A stretch of 64,000 bases of DNA from Somniosus microcephalus. Lineage: Eukaryota. Where the stretch lies: contig CM126202.1 of NCBI GenBank assembly GCA_052327205.1, positions 385,640,001-385,704,000 of the forward strand, written 5' to 3'. Below, piece after piece: positions 1 to 12,699 of this stretch (position 1 is its first letter; every line of letters begins with the position of its first letter). The notes beneath the pieces are model-generated. The model was given only the letters and a program-made list of their open reading frames with translations, was not told the DNA's origin and searched no databases. Both the position numbers and the translations under genes were made by a program.

Positions 1-380
1 ATTCTGTTTAAAACTACTTCAGATTACTCAAAATAATGTAAACATTTAAAAAAGTTTATAAAAGTTACCAAAATCTTCAAAAAACTTCCAAAAACCTATT
101 TAAACTGCTGCTTTGCATGTAAAAATGGTTAGCAGCTTGACAGAAACATTGGGGGCGTGTCCAGTGAAACAGACCTCAAGGGGCGTGTCTCACTTGCACT
201 GCACGCTCCTGGCTTCGCGCTGGCTGCACTCCTGGGCGGCGTGACGTCATACGCTGCCCGGGATTCTTCTTCTGGAAACACCAATTCCAGGCGTCCCTGG
301 AGCTGATCGGCAGTAGCGCGGGGTAAGTGTAAATACGGGGCTTGCACGCGCTGCAAGCCCCGTTCTGGAATTTCTGGGCC
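1..380. mobile_element. Right end of a Harbinger-type MITE (truncated by window start)
   Basis: Ends in AATTTCTGGGCC|ATT, the reverse complement of the GGCCCAGAA terminus at 11087, 16262 and 44830. AT-rich interior, GC-rich subterminus. Confidence 0.5.
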
Positions 381-479
381 ATTATTGGTAGCAGTGACCA
401 CAGCACAGTCATTGTGGAGACAATGTCCCATCTTCGCACTGATACCACCCTCCATCGTGTTGTATGGCACTACCACCGT

Positions 480-1592
480 GCTAAATGAGATAAATTCAGA
501 ACAGATCTAGCAGCTCAAAACTGGGCATCCATGAGGTGCTATGGGCAATCAGCAGCAGAATTGTATTCCACCACAATCTGTAAACTAATGGCCTAGCATA
601 TCCTTCACGCTACCATTATCATCAAGCCAGGCAACCAACCCTGGTTCAATGAGGAGTGTAGAAGAGCATGCCAGGAGCAGTGTACCTAAAAATGTCTAAG
701 ACCTAAAAATGAAGTGCCAACCTGGGGAAGCTGCAACATAGGACTACATGCATGCTAAACAGCAGAAGCAGCATGCGATAGACAGAGCTGAGCGATCCCA
801 CAACCAACAAATCAGATCAAAGCTCTGCAGTCCTGCCACATCCAATCATGAATGTTGGTGGGCAATTAAATAACTAAGGGGAGGAGGAGGCTCCATAATG
901 ACAGAGCCTAACACGCAAGTGCAAAAGACAAGGTTGAAGCTTTTGTAACCACCTTCAGCCAGAAATGCCGAGTGGATGATCCATCTCGGCCTCCACCCGA
1001 GGTCCCCACCATCACAGAAGACAGTCTTCAGCCAATTCCATTCACTCCACGTGATATCAAGAAACAGCCAAGAGCACTGGATACATCCTGGCTGTCGTGC
1101 TAAAGACCTGTGCTCCAGAACTAGCCGCACCTCTAGCCAAGCTGTTCCAATTCAGCTACAACATTGGCATCTATCCGACAATGTGGAAAACTGCCCAGGT
1201 ATGTCCTGTCCGGCCAATTCCCACCCCATCAGTCTACTCTCATCATCAGCAAAGCAATGGAAGGAGTCGTCGACAGTGATATCAAGCAGCACTTACCATT
1301 GCCCAGTTTGGGTTCCGCCAAGACCACTCGGCTCCAGACCTCATTACAGCCTTGGTCCAAACATGGACAATAGAGCAGAATTCCAGAGGTGAGAGTGACT
1401 GCTGTTGACATCAAGGCAGCATTTGGCCAAGTGTGGCATCAAGGAGCCCAAGTAAAATTTAAGTCAATGGGAATCAGGGGGGAAAAAATTTCTCCGTTGG
1501 CTGGAGTCATACCTAGCACAAAAGGAAGATGGTTGTGGTTGTTGGAGGCCGATCATCTCAGCCTAAGTACGTCGCTACAGGAGTTCCTCAGG
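480..1592 (+). mobile_element. Degenerate non-LTR retrotransposon fragment (L2/CR1 group, RT region)
   Basis: Frameshifted RT peptides LKTCAPELAAPLAKLFQ..GIYPTMWK, VTAVDIKAAFGQVWHQG and GVPQ. Confidence 0.85.
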
Positions 1593-2277
1593 TGGTGGAT
1601 GGGTTGCCAATAAAGCGGGCTGTTGTGTCCTGGATGGTGTCGAGCTTCTTGAGTGTTGTTGGAGCTGCTCTCATCCAGGCAAGTGGAGAGTATTCCATCA
1701 TACTCCTGACTTATGCCTTGTAGATGGTGGAAAGTCTTTGGGGAGTCAGGAGAAGAGACACTTGTCGCAGAATACCCAGCTTCTGACCTGCTCTTTTTGC
1801 CACAGTATTTATGTGGCTGGTCCAGTTAAGTTTATGGTCAATGGTGACCCCCAAGATGTTGATGGTGGGGGATTCAGCGATGGTAATGCCGTTGAATGTC
1901 ATGGGAAGGTTATTGAAGATTCTCGCTTATTGGAGATAGTCATTGCCTGGCACTTCTGTGGCGCGAATGTTACTTGCCACTTATCAGCCCAAGCCTGAAT
2001 GTCATCCAGGTCTTGTTGCATGCAGGCAAGAACTGCTTCATTATCTGAGGAGCTGCAAATGGAACTGAACACTGCAATCATCAGCGAACATCCCCAATTC
2101 CTGACCTTATGATGGAGGGATGGTCATTGATGAAGCAGCTGAAGATGGTTGGGCCTAAGACACTGCCCTGAGGAACTCCTGCAGCGATGTCCTGGGGCCG
2201 AGATGATTGATCAACAACCACAACCATCTTCCTTTGTGCGGAGATGATTGATCAACAACAACCACCACCATCTTCCC
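1593..2277 (-). mobile_element. Second copy of the same LINE family, opposite strand; interrupted by a CR1 and resuming at 5276-5356
   Basis: Peptides QQDLDDIQAWADKWQVTFAPQKC and INILGVTIDHKLNWTSHIN. Host sequence CATCTTCC..TTTGTGCTAGG is split by the CR1 insertion. Confidence 0.85.
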
Positions 2278-5275
2278 TTCATAGAGTCACAGAGTTTTAC
2301 AGCACAGAAAGAGGCCCTTCGGCCCATCGTGTCTGCGCCGCCCATCCATCCCTGTCCAGTCTAATCCCATTTTCCAGCATTTGGTCCATAGCCTTGTATG
2401 CAATGACATTTCAAGTGCTCATCCAAATGCTTCTTGAATGTTGTGAGGGTTCCTGCCTCTACCACCCTTTTAGGCATTGAGTTCCACATTCCAACCACCC
2501 TCTGGGTGAAAAAGTTCCTCCTCAAATCCCCTCTAAATCTCCTGCCCCTTACCCTGAATCTATGCCCCCTTGTTATTGACCCCCCTAAGGGGAAAAGTTC
2601 CTCTTTGTCTACCCTGTCTATGCCCCTCATCATTTTGTACACCTCAATCAGGTCCCCCCTCAGCCTTCTTTGCTCCAAGGAAAACAATCCCAGCCTGTTT
2701 AGTCTTTCTTCATAGCTGAGGCGCTCCATCCCAGGTAACATCCTGGTGAATCTTCTCTGCACCCTCTCCAAAGCAATCACATCCTTCCTATAGTGAGGTG
2801 ACCAGAACTGCACACAGTACTCCAGCTGTGGCCTCACCAGCGTTTTGTACAGCTCCATCATAACCTCCCTGCTCTTATATTCTATGCCTCGGCTAATGAA
2901 GGCAAGTATCCCATATGCCTTTTTAACCACCTTATCTACCTGTTCCGCTGCCTTCAGGGATCTATGTACATGTACACCAAGGTCCCTCTGACCCCCTGTG
3001 CTTCCTAGGGTCCTACCACTCATTGTGTATTCCCTTGCCTTATTTGTCCGTCCAAAATGCATCACCTCGCACTTTTCAGGGTTAAATTCCATTTGCCACT
3101 TTTCCGCCCATCTGACCAACCCGTTTAGATCGTCCTGTAGCCTGAGGCTTTCCTCCTCACAATTTACCACCCCACCAATTTTCGTGTCATCTGCGAACTT
3201 ACTGATCATACCTTTCACATTCTCATCCAAATCATTTATGTAGATCACAAACAACAAGGGACCCAGTACCGATCCCGGAGGTACCCCACTGGACACAGGC
3301 TTCCAGTCACAAAAGCAACCTTCGACCATCACCCTCTGCCTCCTGCCACTCAGCCAGTTTAGGATCCAACGCGCCAAGGCACCCTGGATCCCATGGGCTC
3401 TTACCTTCTTGACCAGTCTCCTATGCGGGACTTTGTCAAAAGCTTTACTGAAGTCCATGTAAACCACATCCACAGCATTTCCCTCATCCACCCCCCTAGT
3501 CACCCCCTCGAAAAATTCAATCAGATTTGTCAGACATGATTTACCCTTGACAAAGCCATGCTGACTATCCCTGATTAATCCTTGCCTCTCCAAGTGGAGA
3601 CTAATTTTGTCCCTCAGAATTTTTTCCAATAATTTCCCTACCACAGATGTTAGGCTCACTGGCCTGTAATTCCCTGGTTTATCCCTGCTACCCTTCTTGT
3701 ATAATGGTACTACATTAGCTGTTCTCCAGTCCTCTGGTACATCCCCTGTGGCCAGAGAGGTTCTGAAAATTTGTGTCAGAGCCCCTGCAATCTCCTCCTT
3801 TGCCTCCCACAGCAGCCTGGGATACATCTCGTCCGGGCCTGGGAATTTATCCACTTTTTGGCCTGCTAAAACCGCTAGCACCTCCTCCCTCTCGATGCTA
3901 ATATGTTCAAGTATGTCACAGTCCCCTTGCCCGATTTCTATGTCTGCATCGTCTCTCTCCATAGTGAACACAGATGCAAAAAATTCATTTAAAACCCCGC
4001 CTACATCATCTGGCTCTACACACAGATTGCCACTTTGGTCCCTAATGGGCCCTACCCTTTCCCTGGTTATCCTCTTGCCCTTAATATACTTATAAAACAT
4101 CTTAGGATTTTCCTTTATTTTGCTCGCCAGTGTTATTTCATGGCCCCTCCTCGCCCTCCTAATTTCTTTTTTAAGTATGCCCCTGCACTTTTTATACACC
4201 TCTAGGGCTTCTTCCGTCTTTAGTCTTTCGTAACTGCCAAAAGCCCCCCTTTTATTTCTAATGCATTTTTGTATATCCCTTGTCATCCAAGGTTCCCTTT
4301 GCTTGTTGGTCCCAGCCTTGACCTTTACAGGAACATGTTGGCGTTGTACTCTCTCTATTTCCCTTCTGAAAGTCTCCCACTGTTTTGATGTGGATTTTCC
4401 TATAAGTAGCTGCTCCCAGTCCACTTTGGCCAGATCCTGCCTTCTCATATTAAAATCGGCCTTCCCCCAATTTAGAACCCTTATTTCCGGGCCGTCTTTG
4501 TCTTTTTCCATGACCACCTTAAATCTCACCGAATTATGGTCACTGTCGCCAAAATGCTCTCCTACTGATACTTCCACCACTTGCCCGGCTACATTCCCCA
4601 GAATTAGGTCCAGTACCGCCCCCTCTCTTGTAGGACTTTCTACATGTTGGCTCAAAAAGCTCTCCTGGATGCACTTTAAGAATTCTGCACCCTCTAAGCC
4701 TTTCACACTCTGACTATCCCAATTTATATTGGGGAAGTTGAAATCCCCCACTATTACCCTCCTATTATTTTCACTTCTCTGAGATTTGCCTACATATCTG
4801 TTCCTCTATCTCCCCCTGACTGTTTGGGGGCCTATAGTACACTCCCAGCAAAGTGCTTGCCCCCTTTTTGTTTTTAAGTTCTACCCATAAGGCCTCATTA
4901 GAGGAACCCGCTAATATATCATCCCTCCTTACAGCAGTAATTGACTCCTTAATTAATATTGCAACACCCCCTCCCCCGAAGATTCTATACCCCGGAATAT
5001 TGAGCTGCCAGTCCTGACCCTCCCTCAACCATGTCTCCGTGATAGCAACAATATCGTACTCCCATGTGTTCAACAACAACTTCAGTTCAACCACCTTATT
5101 TGCAAGACTCCTTGCATTAAAATAAATGCCTTCCAGCCCTGCCATATTCCCTTTTGCCTTCACATATTTGCTCTGCCTTCCCAGCTGACTTGTTTTTTCC
5201 TCTGTATTTGGCTGTAAATCACCCCCTACTATAGCTCCACTCTGTACCCCATCCCCCTGCCAAGTTAGTTTAAAG
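2278..5275 (-). mobile_element. CR1 LINE, 5'-truncated, with near-complete ORF2 (APE endonuclease + RT) and 3' UTR
   Basis: Endonuclease motifs YFNARS, ITETWL, GVYYRPP (4771-5145) and the long RT ORF. Short-repeat 3' tail near 2280. Confidence 0.95.
2361..4751 (-). CDS. CR1 ORF2, uninterrupted 796-aa segment (endonuclease C-terminus + reverse transcriptase); frameshifted from its N-terminus near 4770
   Basis: MGDFN, SDHN, YRPVSLTS, DFSKAFD, GSVLGP, KFADD, C-terminal GYGPNAGKWD. Confidence 0.9.
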   Translation of the reverse strand: MGDFNFPNINWDSQSVKGLEGAEFLKCIQESFLSQHVESPTREGAVLDLILGNVAGQVVEVSVGEHFGDSDHNSVRFKVVMEKDKDGPEIRVLNWGKADFNMRRQDLAKVDWEQLLIGKSTSKQWETFRREIERVQRQHVPVKVKAGTNKQREPWMTRDIQKCIRNKRGAFGSYERLKTEEALEVYKKCRGILKKEIRRARRGHEITLASKIKENPKMFYKYIKGKRITRERVGPIRDQSGNLCVEPDDVGGVLNEFFASVFTMERDDADIEIGQGDCDILEHISIEREEVLAVLAGQKVDKFPGPDEMYPRLLWEAKEEIAGALTQIFRTSLATGDVPEDWRTANVVPLYKKGSRDKPGNYRPVSLTSVVGKLLEKILRDKISLHLERQGLIRDSQHGFVKGKSCLTNLIEFFEGVTRGVDEGNAVDVVYMDFSKAFDKVPHRRLVKKVRAHGIQGALARWILNWLSGRRQRVMVEGCFCDWKPVSSGVPPGSVLGPLLFVIYINDLDENVKGMISKFADDTKIGGVVNCEEESLRLQDDLNGLVRWAEKWQMEFNPEKCEVMHFGRTNKAREYTMSGRTLGSTGGQRDLGVHVHRSLKAAEQVDKVVKKAYGILAFISRGIEYKSREVMMELYKTLVRPQLEYCVQFWSPHYRKDVIALERVQRRFTRMLPGMERLSYEERLNRLGLFSLEQRRLRGDLIEVYKMMRGIDRVDKEELFPLGGSITRGHRFRVRGRRFRGDLRRNFFTQRVVGMWNSMPKRVVEAGTLTTFKKHLDEHLKCHCIQGYGPNAGKWD

Positions 5276-5356
5276 TTTGTGCTAGGTATGACTCCAGGAG
5301 AGTTTTCCCCTTGATTCCCATTGACTTCAATTTTCTTAGGGCTCCTTGATGCCACA

Positions 5357-5660
5357 AGGGACATTATGCAGATAAGGAAATGGAGAAGCCCACCATCATT
5401 TTTGGACTCCAGAATGACAATGCGTGGGTGGGCAAAGAAGTCATTGCTGGAGATGCATTGGTAGGTAAAAATGGAACCATGCAAGAGCAGTCCCATAAAA
5501 CTGAATGATGGAGGATGATCTGGACAACTGTATCGAAAGCTATGGAGAGGCAGAGGAGGAAAAGGTGAGATAACATACCACAGCCAAAGTCATAAAGTAG
5601 TGGTTTTCATCCAGGGGTCCATGAGAAGGTTTTAAGAGGTGTGACAAAAATGACCAGATT
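5357..5660 (-). mobile_element. Old L2-like LINE fragment
   Basis: LLCLSIAFDTV resembles the L2 RT motif LLDLSAAFDTV. Confidence 0.5.
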
Positions 5661-6020
5661 CTGTACAACATCCCGCCCCTCACACACTCAGATTGGTTGG
5701 AGGACCTGCTCGGTTCTGGGGTTCACCCCAGCTGGAAAGCGCAGTGCAAGCGTCAAGCATTGGGAACAACAGCAAGTACTGGGAACTCTCAGGGAGCATC
5801 TGTAAATGATGGACAAATGGTGACTGGTCAGGGCCAGCTCCCCATACCTTCCAGAGTGTTGTTCCCAATATTGGTATCCCCAACCCTAATCTGAACATGT
5901 TAACTGTAACCCCGATCCCTAACCCGCAATCATAAAATCCTAACGCAAAACACTTACGTAATACCCAACCTCTAACTGTACACATAGTCCTAATATCCAT
6001 CACTAATCCCTAAAGGTTAT

Positions 6021-6690
6021 GGCAGAGAAATTCAGTATTGCCCCTTTTGCGGCACGAACTTTTAAAAGTTAAAAAACATTAGTGCCATGCACTAATGTTT
6101 TTCAACTTTTAAAAAATTTGGTTTCGCGCTCCAGGAAGCAAGTGGAGCACTAAATCAAGCGTATTGGAAGGCTCCTGTCCTCCCTTAAAGGGAAGGGCAC
6201 CGCTGCAGGCTCTGCAAGGAAAAACACTTACCTGGTCCTGACGGCAGCCGCGATCCGGCCCGATCAGCCCGATGCACTGTAGCAGCATGCCGGGTTGATT
6301 TTTTGGGGGGTTTTTCCTCCCAATTTTCTTCGCCAGCGATCAAAGAGCATTTGAGAATATTTTCCACTTACCTCGGCCACCTCGCCTTTAAGTATCAAAA
6401 CCGAAGCGCCCGGCATCCCGATGAACGCCTCCTGCAGCCGTTTTCGCCCGGTGATGCTGCAGGGGGCGGAACCAAAGTTCGGGTCCGATGCGCTACCGGG
6501 GCGATACGCAAGGCGATGACATCACGATATCCGAGGGAAGGAAATCGGGGTGCAACGTCATACCGCCGCCGCAAACCTCCTATAGCGGGAGTGGAGCTTC
6601 TCGCCGCGCCCGGTTGGTAAGTGATTAGTGCTCTGTTATTGCCCCCCCAGAGGTGATAACGGGAGGCACCAAGGTGCCCAATTTCTAGCC
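6021..6690. mobile_element. Harbinger-derived MITE
   Basis: Imperfect termini GGCAGAGAAATT / AATTTCTAGCCC. Subterminal GCACTAAATCAAGCG resembles the reverse complement of CGCCTGATTTAGCG near the Harbinger right end (about 44180). Confidence 0.6.
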
Positions 6691-6699
6691 CTATATGTT

Positions 6700-7085
6700 T
6701 AATTGTATGAGTTTTCAAATCTCTCCATGGCCTCGCCCCTCCCTATCTCTGTAATCTGCTCCAGTCCTACAACCCTCCGAGAAATCTGTGCTCCTTCAAT
6801 TCTGGCCTGAGCATCCCCGATTTTAATCGCTCCACCACTGGCAGCCATGCCCTTCAGCCACCAAGGCTCCAAGCTCTGGAATTCCCTCCCAAAACATCTC
6901 CCCTTCTCTACCGCTCTTTCCTCCTTCAAGACACTCCTTAAAACCTACCTCTTTGACCAAACTTTTGGTCATCTGCCCTAGTATCTCATGTGGCTTGGTG
7001 TCAAATTCTGTTTGATAACGCTCTTGTGAAGCGCCTTGGGACATTTTGCTATGTTAAAGGCGCTATATAAATACAAGTTGTTTTA
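6700..7085 (+). mobile_element. L2 LINE 3' end
   Basis: CTCTGGAATTCCCTCCC..CTCCTTAAAACCTACCTCTTTGACC..GAAGCGCCTTGGGAC..AAAGGCGCTATATAAATACAAG tail. Confidence 0.8.
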
Positions 7086-7959
7086 TGTTAAAGGGGGTCC
7101 GTGGAATTTTTATAATTCGGGATGGGGGCCTCAAACAAAAAAGTTGAAAGTCTCTGATAAAATGTATCATTTGTTACTAGCTATTGTCATGCCATGAGAA
7201 CAGTTGGGAGGGGGGTGGGGGAAAGGAAGCCAGACTGGGCAGATTTGAACAGAGTTTTGGGAGCAATTGATTAGTAGTTGCATCGGACAGATAGGTTGAG
7301 GGTGGGTTTTTCCAGGAGGGGGGAGATGATGATGATTTTGAAAAGGGACAGAGATGGAGAAAGGGAGCAGCAACCAAGTCGAGCACACGAGTGAACACAG
7401 AGAAAACTTGAATGATATAAACACGGCAGGGATCTAGACGAGGCAGGGAGGTGGTTTTGGGATGAGGACAGACAGAAGCTATTCATGTTGAAATCGGAGG
7501 GCCAGTAGGCAACAGTGAAATGACATTTGGTTGTAGGAGCCTTGGTATGGGGGTATTTATAAAAAGGTAAAAAGGAGTTACGAAGATTAGAAGTTCCATC
7601 AGTGCACAGATTAAAACTAAGCAAACTTAAATATGAAGGTATAAACTAAAATTAGGGCTAACACCACAAAATATCCTGAGGAATATAGACAGCATAGAGA
7701 AATGAAAGAAGATTGGAAAATAACCCCATTCTTCTTAGAATGGTCTTACAATTAGAGAGATGAAGAGGGGGAAATCTAGTTAAGGAGGATGAAAGTTTGT
7801 TGAAATATTGAATAAATATTTTGTATCTGTTTTTACAAATGCTGCTGAAAATTAGAGTGTATGCGTATCTGATGAGGTGGGACAATTGATTAGTCGTAAT
7901 TGTAGAAAAGGAATTAATTCTAAATGAGTTCAAGTTTGGTAAGTGATAATTGACATGGG

Positions 7960-9590
7960 GAATAATGTTAAGCGCATATCCAAGTACTTTTTAAATGTGA
8001 TGAGGGTTTCTGCCTCTACAACCCTTTCAGGCAGTGAATTCCAGACCCCCACCACCCTCTGGGTAAAAAAGTTCTCCTCAACTCCCTTCTAATCCTTTTA
8101 CCAATTGCTTTAAATCTATGCCCCCTGGTTATTGACCTCTCTGCTAAGGGAAATAGGTGCTTCTTATTCACTCTATCGAGGCTCCTCATAATTTTGTACA
8201 CCTCAATATGTCTCTGCTCCAAAGAAAACAAGCCCAGCCTATCCAATCTTTCCTCATAGCTAAAATTCTTACTTTTCTGACCAGTCTACCATGTGGAACC
8301 TTGTAAAAAGCCTTGCTAAAATCCACACAGGCTACATGAACACACTACCCTCACCGACCCTCCTTGTAACCACCTAAAAAAATTCAAATCAAGTTAGTCA
8401 GACACGACCTTCCCTTAACAAATCCATGCTGACTGTCCTTGATTAATCTGTGATTTTCTAAATGACAATTAACACTGTCCCTCAGAATTTTTTCCAATAA
8501 TTTGCCCACCATCAAGGTTAGGCTGACTGGCATGTAATTACTCGGTTTATCCCTTTCTCCCTTTTTAAACAATGGTACAATGTTAGCAGTCCTCCGGCAC
8601 CACACCTGTAGCCAGGGAGGATTCAAAAATGATGGTCAGAGCCTCAGCTATTTCCTCCCTTGCTTCTAACAGCCTGGGATACATGTCATCTGAGCCTGGC
8701 GATTTATCTAATTTCAAAGATGCTAAACCCCTTAATATTTCCCCTCTCGCTAGGTTTATCTCATCTAATATTTCACACACCTCCTCATCTGCAATGCCTG
8801 CATCGTCCCTCTCTTCTGCAAAAACAGACGCAAAGTATTCATTACGAACCATGCCCGCATCTTCCGCCTCCACACACAGGTTATCTTTTTGGTCTCTCAT
8901 AGGCTCTACTCTTTTAGTTATCCTCTTGCTTTTTATGTATTTATAAAACATCTTTGGATTTTCCTTGATTTTACTTGCCAATATTTTTTCCATGCCCTCT
9001 CTTTGCTTTCCTAATTTCTTATTTAATTTCACCCCAAGCACTTTCTTTACTCCTCTAGGCTTTCTGCAGTATTTAGCTCTCGGTATCAGACATAAGCTTT
9101 CCTTTTTTGCCTTATCCTACTCTGTATGCTCCTTTATATCCAGGGGGCTCTAGATTTGGGAGTCCCACCCTTTTTTTTGTGGGAACATATTTGCACTGAA
9201 CCCTCACCATCTCCTCCTTGAATGCCACCAACTGCTCTGACACTTATTGACCTTCAAGTAGCTGTTTCCAATCGACTTTTGCTAAATCACATCTCAGCTT
9301 TGTAAAATTGGCCTTTCCCCAATAGAAAACTTATACTCATGGTCCATCTTTGTTCTTTTCCATAACTACGCTAAATCTAACCGAATGATGATCACTACCA
9401 CCACCCTTCCACCTGCCCAGCTTCATTCCTTAAACTCAAGTCCAGAACCACCCCCCTCCCTGCCCCTCCCCTCCATCTTGTTGGGCTTGCTACGTACTGG
9501 CTAAAAAGTTCTCCTGAATGCATTTTAAGAATTCTGCGCTCTCTATGCCTTTTACACTGATTCTATCCCAATTATTAGGGTAGTTGAAAA
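7960..9590 (-). mobile_element. Degenerate CR1 LINE with internal deletions
   Basis: Peptides KIKENPKMFYKYIK, SQHGFVKGRSCLTNLI and LGLFSLEQR. Confidence 0.9.
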
Positions 9591-9719
9591 GCTCTTTACA
9601 AAGGTTTTGCATAAAATCATATCCATTTGTTCATGCTTCTTGTAAACAGAGTTTCAATTTCAGAGTCCTGTTACTGCGTTCTAAGTTAGTTAAAGTTTGC
9701 ATAACTTGAATCAACACCT

Positions 9720-9818
9720 TACACTGGTTGTCAAATTTTGTGTCTTATAATACTCCCGTGAAGCACCTTGGGGACTTTTTACTACGTGAAAGGTGCTATA
9801 AATACAAGTTGTTGCTGT
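9720..9818 (+). mobile_element. L2-type 3' tail remnant
   Basis: GTGAAGCACCTTGGG..AAAGGTGCTATAAATACAAGTTGTTG, the same tail as 7020-7085. Confidence 0.6.
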
Positions 9819-10089
9819 TTAAACTTATGGCACCAAATGATGATCACTTATGATCTCCAAATTCTGTCATCGACATCAAGTGCAGCCTGTAACTCTGGTC
9901 ATGATGAAAAAATTGAAGATGTACAGAGATCAAAACAACTATGCTAAGCTACGACAGTTGGTTTGGTAAAGCCAAGACTGTGAACTGCAGCCTAAAAGAA
10001 TCCTACTTCCAGCCTAAGATCAGTAGTGGGTAAGCTACTAGTGGTCATAGCACAGGACAAAATTCATAGAGAGTGTTAATTAAGGTTAG

Positions 10090-11045
10090 TAAGTAGGGAT
10101 TTGTAAAAGGGAATTTGTATGTCTGGAAAATTTAAGAGTTCCTTGAGGAACTGAGTGCACTGATAAAGGAAATACAGAGGATATCATGTATATGGATTTT
10201 CAAAAGGCGTTTGATAAGGTACACGAGGCTGGATGATAAATTAAGGTTCGTGGTATTAAAAAGAATATGGCATATTGGATAGGACATTGGCTAAAGGATA
10301 GAAAACCCAATAGTGGTTAATTGGAGGGCTGGTATCCTCCAGTGGTCAGTGTTGGGACCGTTGTGTGAAAGAGTAAAGACAGAACTTATTTATATTAAAC
10401 AAATATTTTTTTTTTTTTTTTTTTTTTAAACTTATCAAATTATCCTTTTTTTAATTAAAGAGATGCTAGATTTTATACATATGCAGAGTAAAAATCAAAT
10501 AGGCAATGCTAGACATACACAAATTGTTTAGGCAGCAGTTAGAATAGTGTGTCCAGTCCAGATCCCTTAATTTATGAAAAATTCATGACGGGGTGCAGAA
10601 AAAACTTAAAGATGACCCTGGAGATGAGATGCTTTAGTTAGAAGAAACTAGAGAAACTGTGGCTCTTCGCTAGGAGAAAAAGGTTAAAAGCAGTTTTGAT
10701 AGATGTTAAAATTCTGAGGGTCTTTGGTGAGGAAAGTATGAAAAACTCTTTCCACTGGCCAATGAATCAGCAACTAAACATAAATTTAAGGTCACCACCA
10801 AAAGAATGCAGGGACATGTTAAGAGAATTTCTTGTACATGGAGAGCTATTAAGACAGGGAAAACTCAACCAGAAACAGTGGTGGAAGCCATAACTTAAAA
10901 ATGTGAAAAAAACTTTATTTTTAAAAAAAAGGGCAGGGAAAAGGGACTAAGTTGATAGGTCTTACATAGAGCCAGCGGTCTTACATAGAGCCAGCACAGA
11001 TGCAATGGATTGAATGCCTCCTTACATGCTATCAAATTCTATGAT
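10090..11045 (+). mobile_element. Highly decayed CR1 3' half
   Basis: ATGGATTTTCAAAAGGCGTTTGATAAGGT (MDFQKAFDKV) and a CR1 3' UTR ending ATTCTATGATTC. Confidence 0.75.
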
Positions 11046-11086
11046 TCTGCACTGCCCAAACAATCCTGATGCATAGATGTGTGGCT

Positions 11087-12542
11087 GGCCCAGAAAGTCG
11101 GGTCGGAGGCTTCCCGCGGGTGCAAGCCCCCGACCTGCACTTACCTAGCGCGCCAGCCGTTGTGCTGTGGGCCCGCGTGGGATTCCGATCCTGGACCTGC
11201 TCAAACGGCCGGCGCGCAGTGCTTGCGTATCCCAGGGGCGCAGTTAGTTCGAAGCGTCCCCTGGGATCACGTGGGCCACGGAGAGCCAATGGTAGCAGGG
11301 AATCTGTATTCATAGATTTGACAGGAAGACCTGTCAAATCTATGAATACAATTCAGCCCCAAAACATAAACTTCAAATAATTTTTTTTAAATTTTTTTTT
11401 ATATAAAATCACATTTTTAAACTAACTATAAATTACATAAAATAACTAACTATTTTAAACAACAATTTACATTTTTGAAAAAATTAATTCGTTTCTAACG
11501 GGGCTAAAAATAAACTTACCTTTCTTTAAAAAGTATTTAAAAATAATAAACCTGTGGAAAAAAGGTTTTAATTTTACTTAATTCACCACTTACGTTATGT
11601 TATAAGCGTAGCTGCTGGAGACTTACCCTCCCAGAAAAACCTGGGGAAAAAAATGGAAGTTCCAGTCGTACGCGCTGCCTCTCCGGCACACGCGTTCGAC
11701 CTGTGAACCCCTTCTTTTAAGGGAACGGAAGTTCCGGTTTCCCGCACATGCGCAATGCATGCACGAAACCGGCACTTTCGTTGGGCCTACGTGTGAGTAC
11801 CCAGCGCGTACTCACCCGAAGTTCTGGAATGAGCCTGAAATTGTGGTCGGAAGCTTCCCGCGGGCTCGGACTTGCAAAAAATCTACGAACCTACCTGATG
11901 GTCCCGGAGGTTCGGACACTTGTGCTCCTGGGCCTCTATGCGTAGGCCTGCATGGAGGCCCACTTATCCCAGGGGTGCATGCAGTTCGCAAGCGCCCCTG
12001 GGAATCACGTGGGCTGGCTCAACCAACCAATGATACTTATGGAGAATCCGCATGTATGGAACCTCCATTAGGTATGAATTGGAATACCCCCAAAATTACA
12101 TTTAAATAATTTTTTTAAAATCACATTTAAAATTAATCAAAATTGCATTTAACTATTTAAAACAAATTTTTTTTGAAAAAAATAATTTACTTATTTTAAA
12201 TGGTCTAAAAATAACACTTGTAAAATAAGGTAAGTTTATGATGTTTAAATGAATGAAAAAAAGTTTTTTGATATCCTTTAAAAGTCTTACGCTGGTAAAA
12301 GCTTTTACCAGGTGTAAGAATTTCACAGGCATTCAGTGTGCAGAAGTTGGGCAAATAGCCCAATTCTCCACCCACGGATGCCCTTTCCTGGGGGTGGCTA
12401 CGATCTGTCAAGATGATTCTTGGCAGATCGCAAGTTCTGGGCGTTAGCGCATGCGCTTCGCATGCCTAAACCGGGAACTTGCGCGGCCCTTATGGGCGCG
12501 TATGCACCTTGTACGCACCCGTAGAGGCTGCAAAATACGGCC
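11087..12542. mobile_element. Composite of two related Harbinger-type MITE units
   Basis: GGCCCAGAAA start and AAAATACGGCC end. The block CCAGGGG.GCA..GTTCG.AAGCG.CCC(C)TGGGA(A)TCACGTGGGC..CCAATG occurs twice (about 11232 and 11969), each followed by an AT-rich core. Confidence 0.6.
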
Positions 12543-12699
12543 TAATGTTTCCGCTCAGACCTACCTATTGGAATTTCTCTTAACAGCAAGGATTCCTTTG
12601 GAAAACAAACAGGAAAGTTTCCAAGCAATATTAACTGTGAAGACAATTTCTATTTTGGTTGCACCCACACTCAGGTATGCAAATCTTCCGCAAAAGGTC

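Noticed and set aside
480-2277. Apparent twin-priming inversion of one LINE
   Set aside because: The overlapping parts differ at many positions, and the minus copy continues at 5276-5356 beyond a nested CR1. These are two independent insertions.
2434-4713. Plus-strand ORFs opposite CR1 ORF2 (also seen opposite other CR1 copies)
   Set aside because: Antisense shadow frames of the LINE coding sequence.
5870-6015. Interstitial telomere (CCCTAA words)
   Set aside because: Scattered single motifs, not a tandem array; more likely a decayed DNA-transposon interior.
10404-10427. Poly-T tract as a processed-pseudogene tail
   Set aside because: No adjacent ORF remnant or clear TSD; embedded in decayed CR1.
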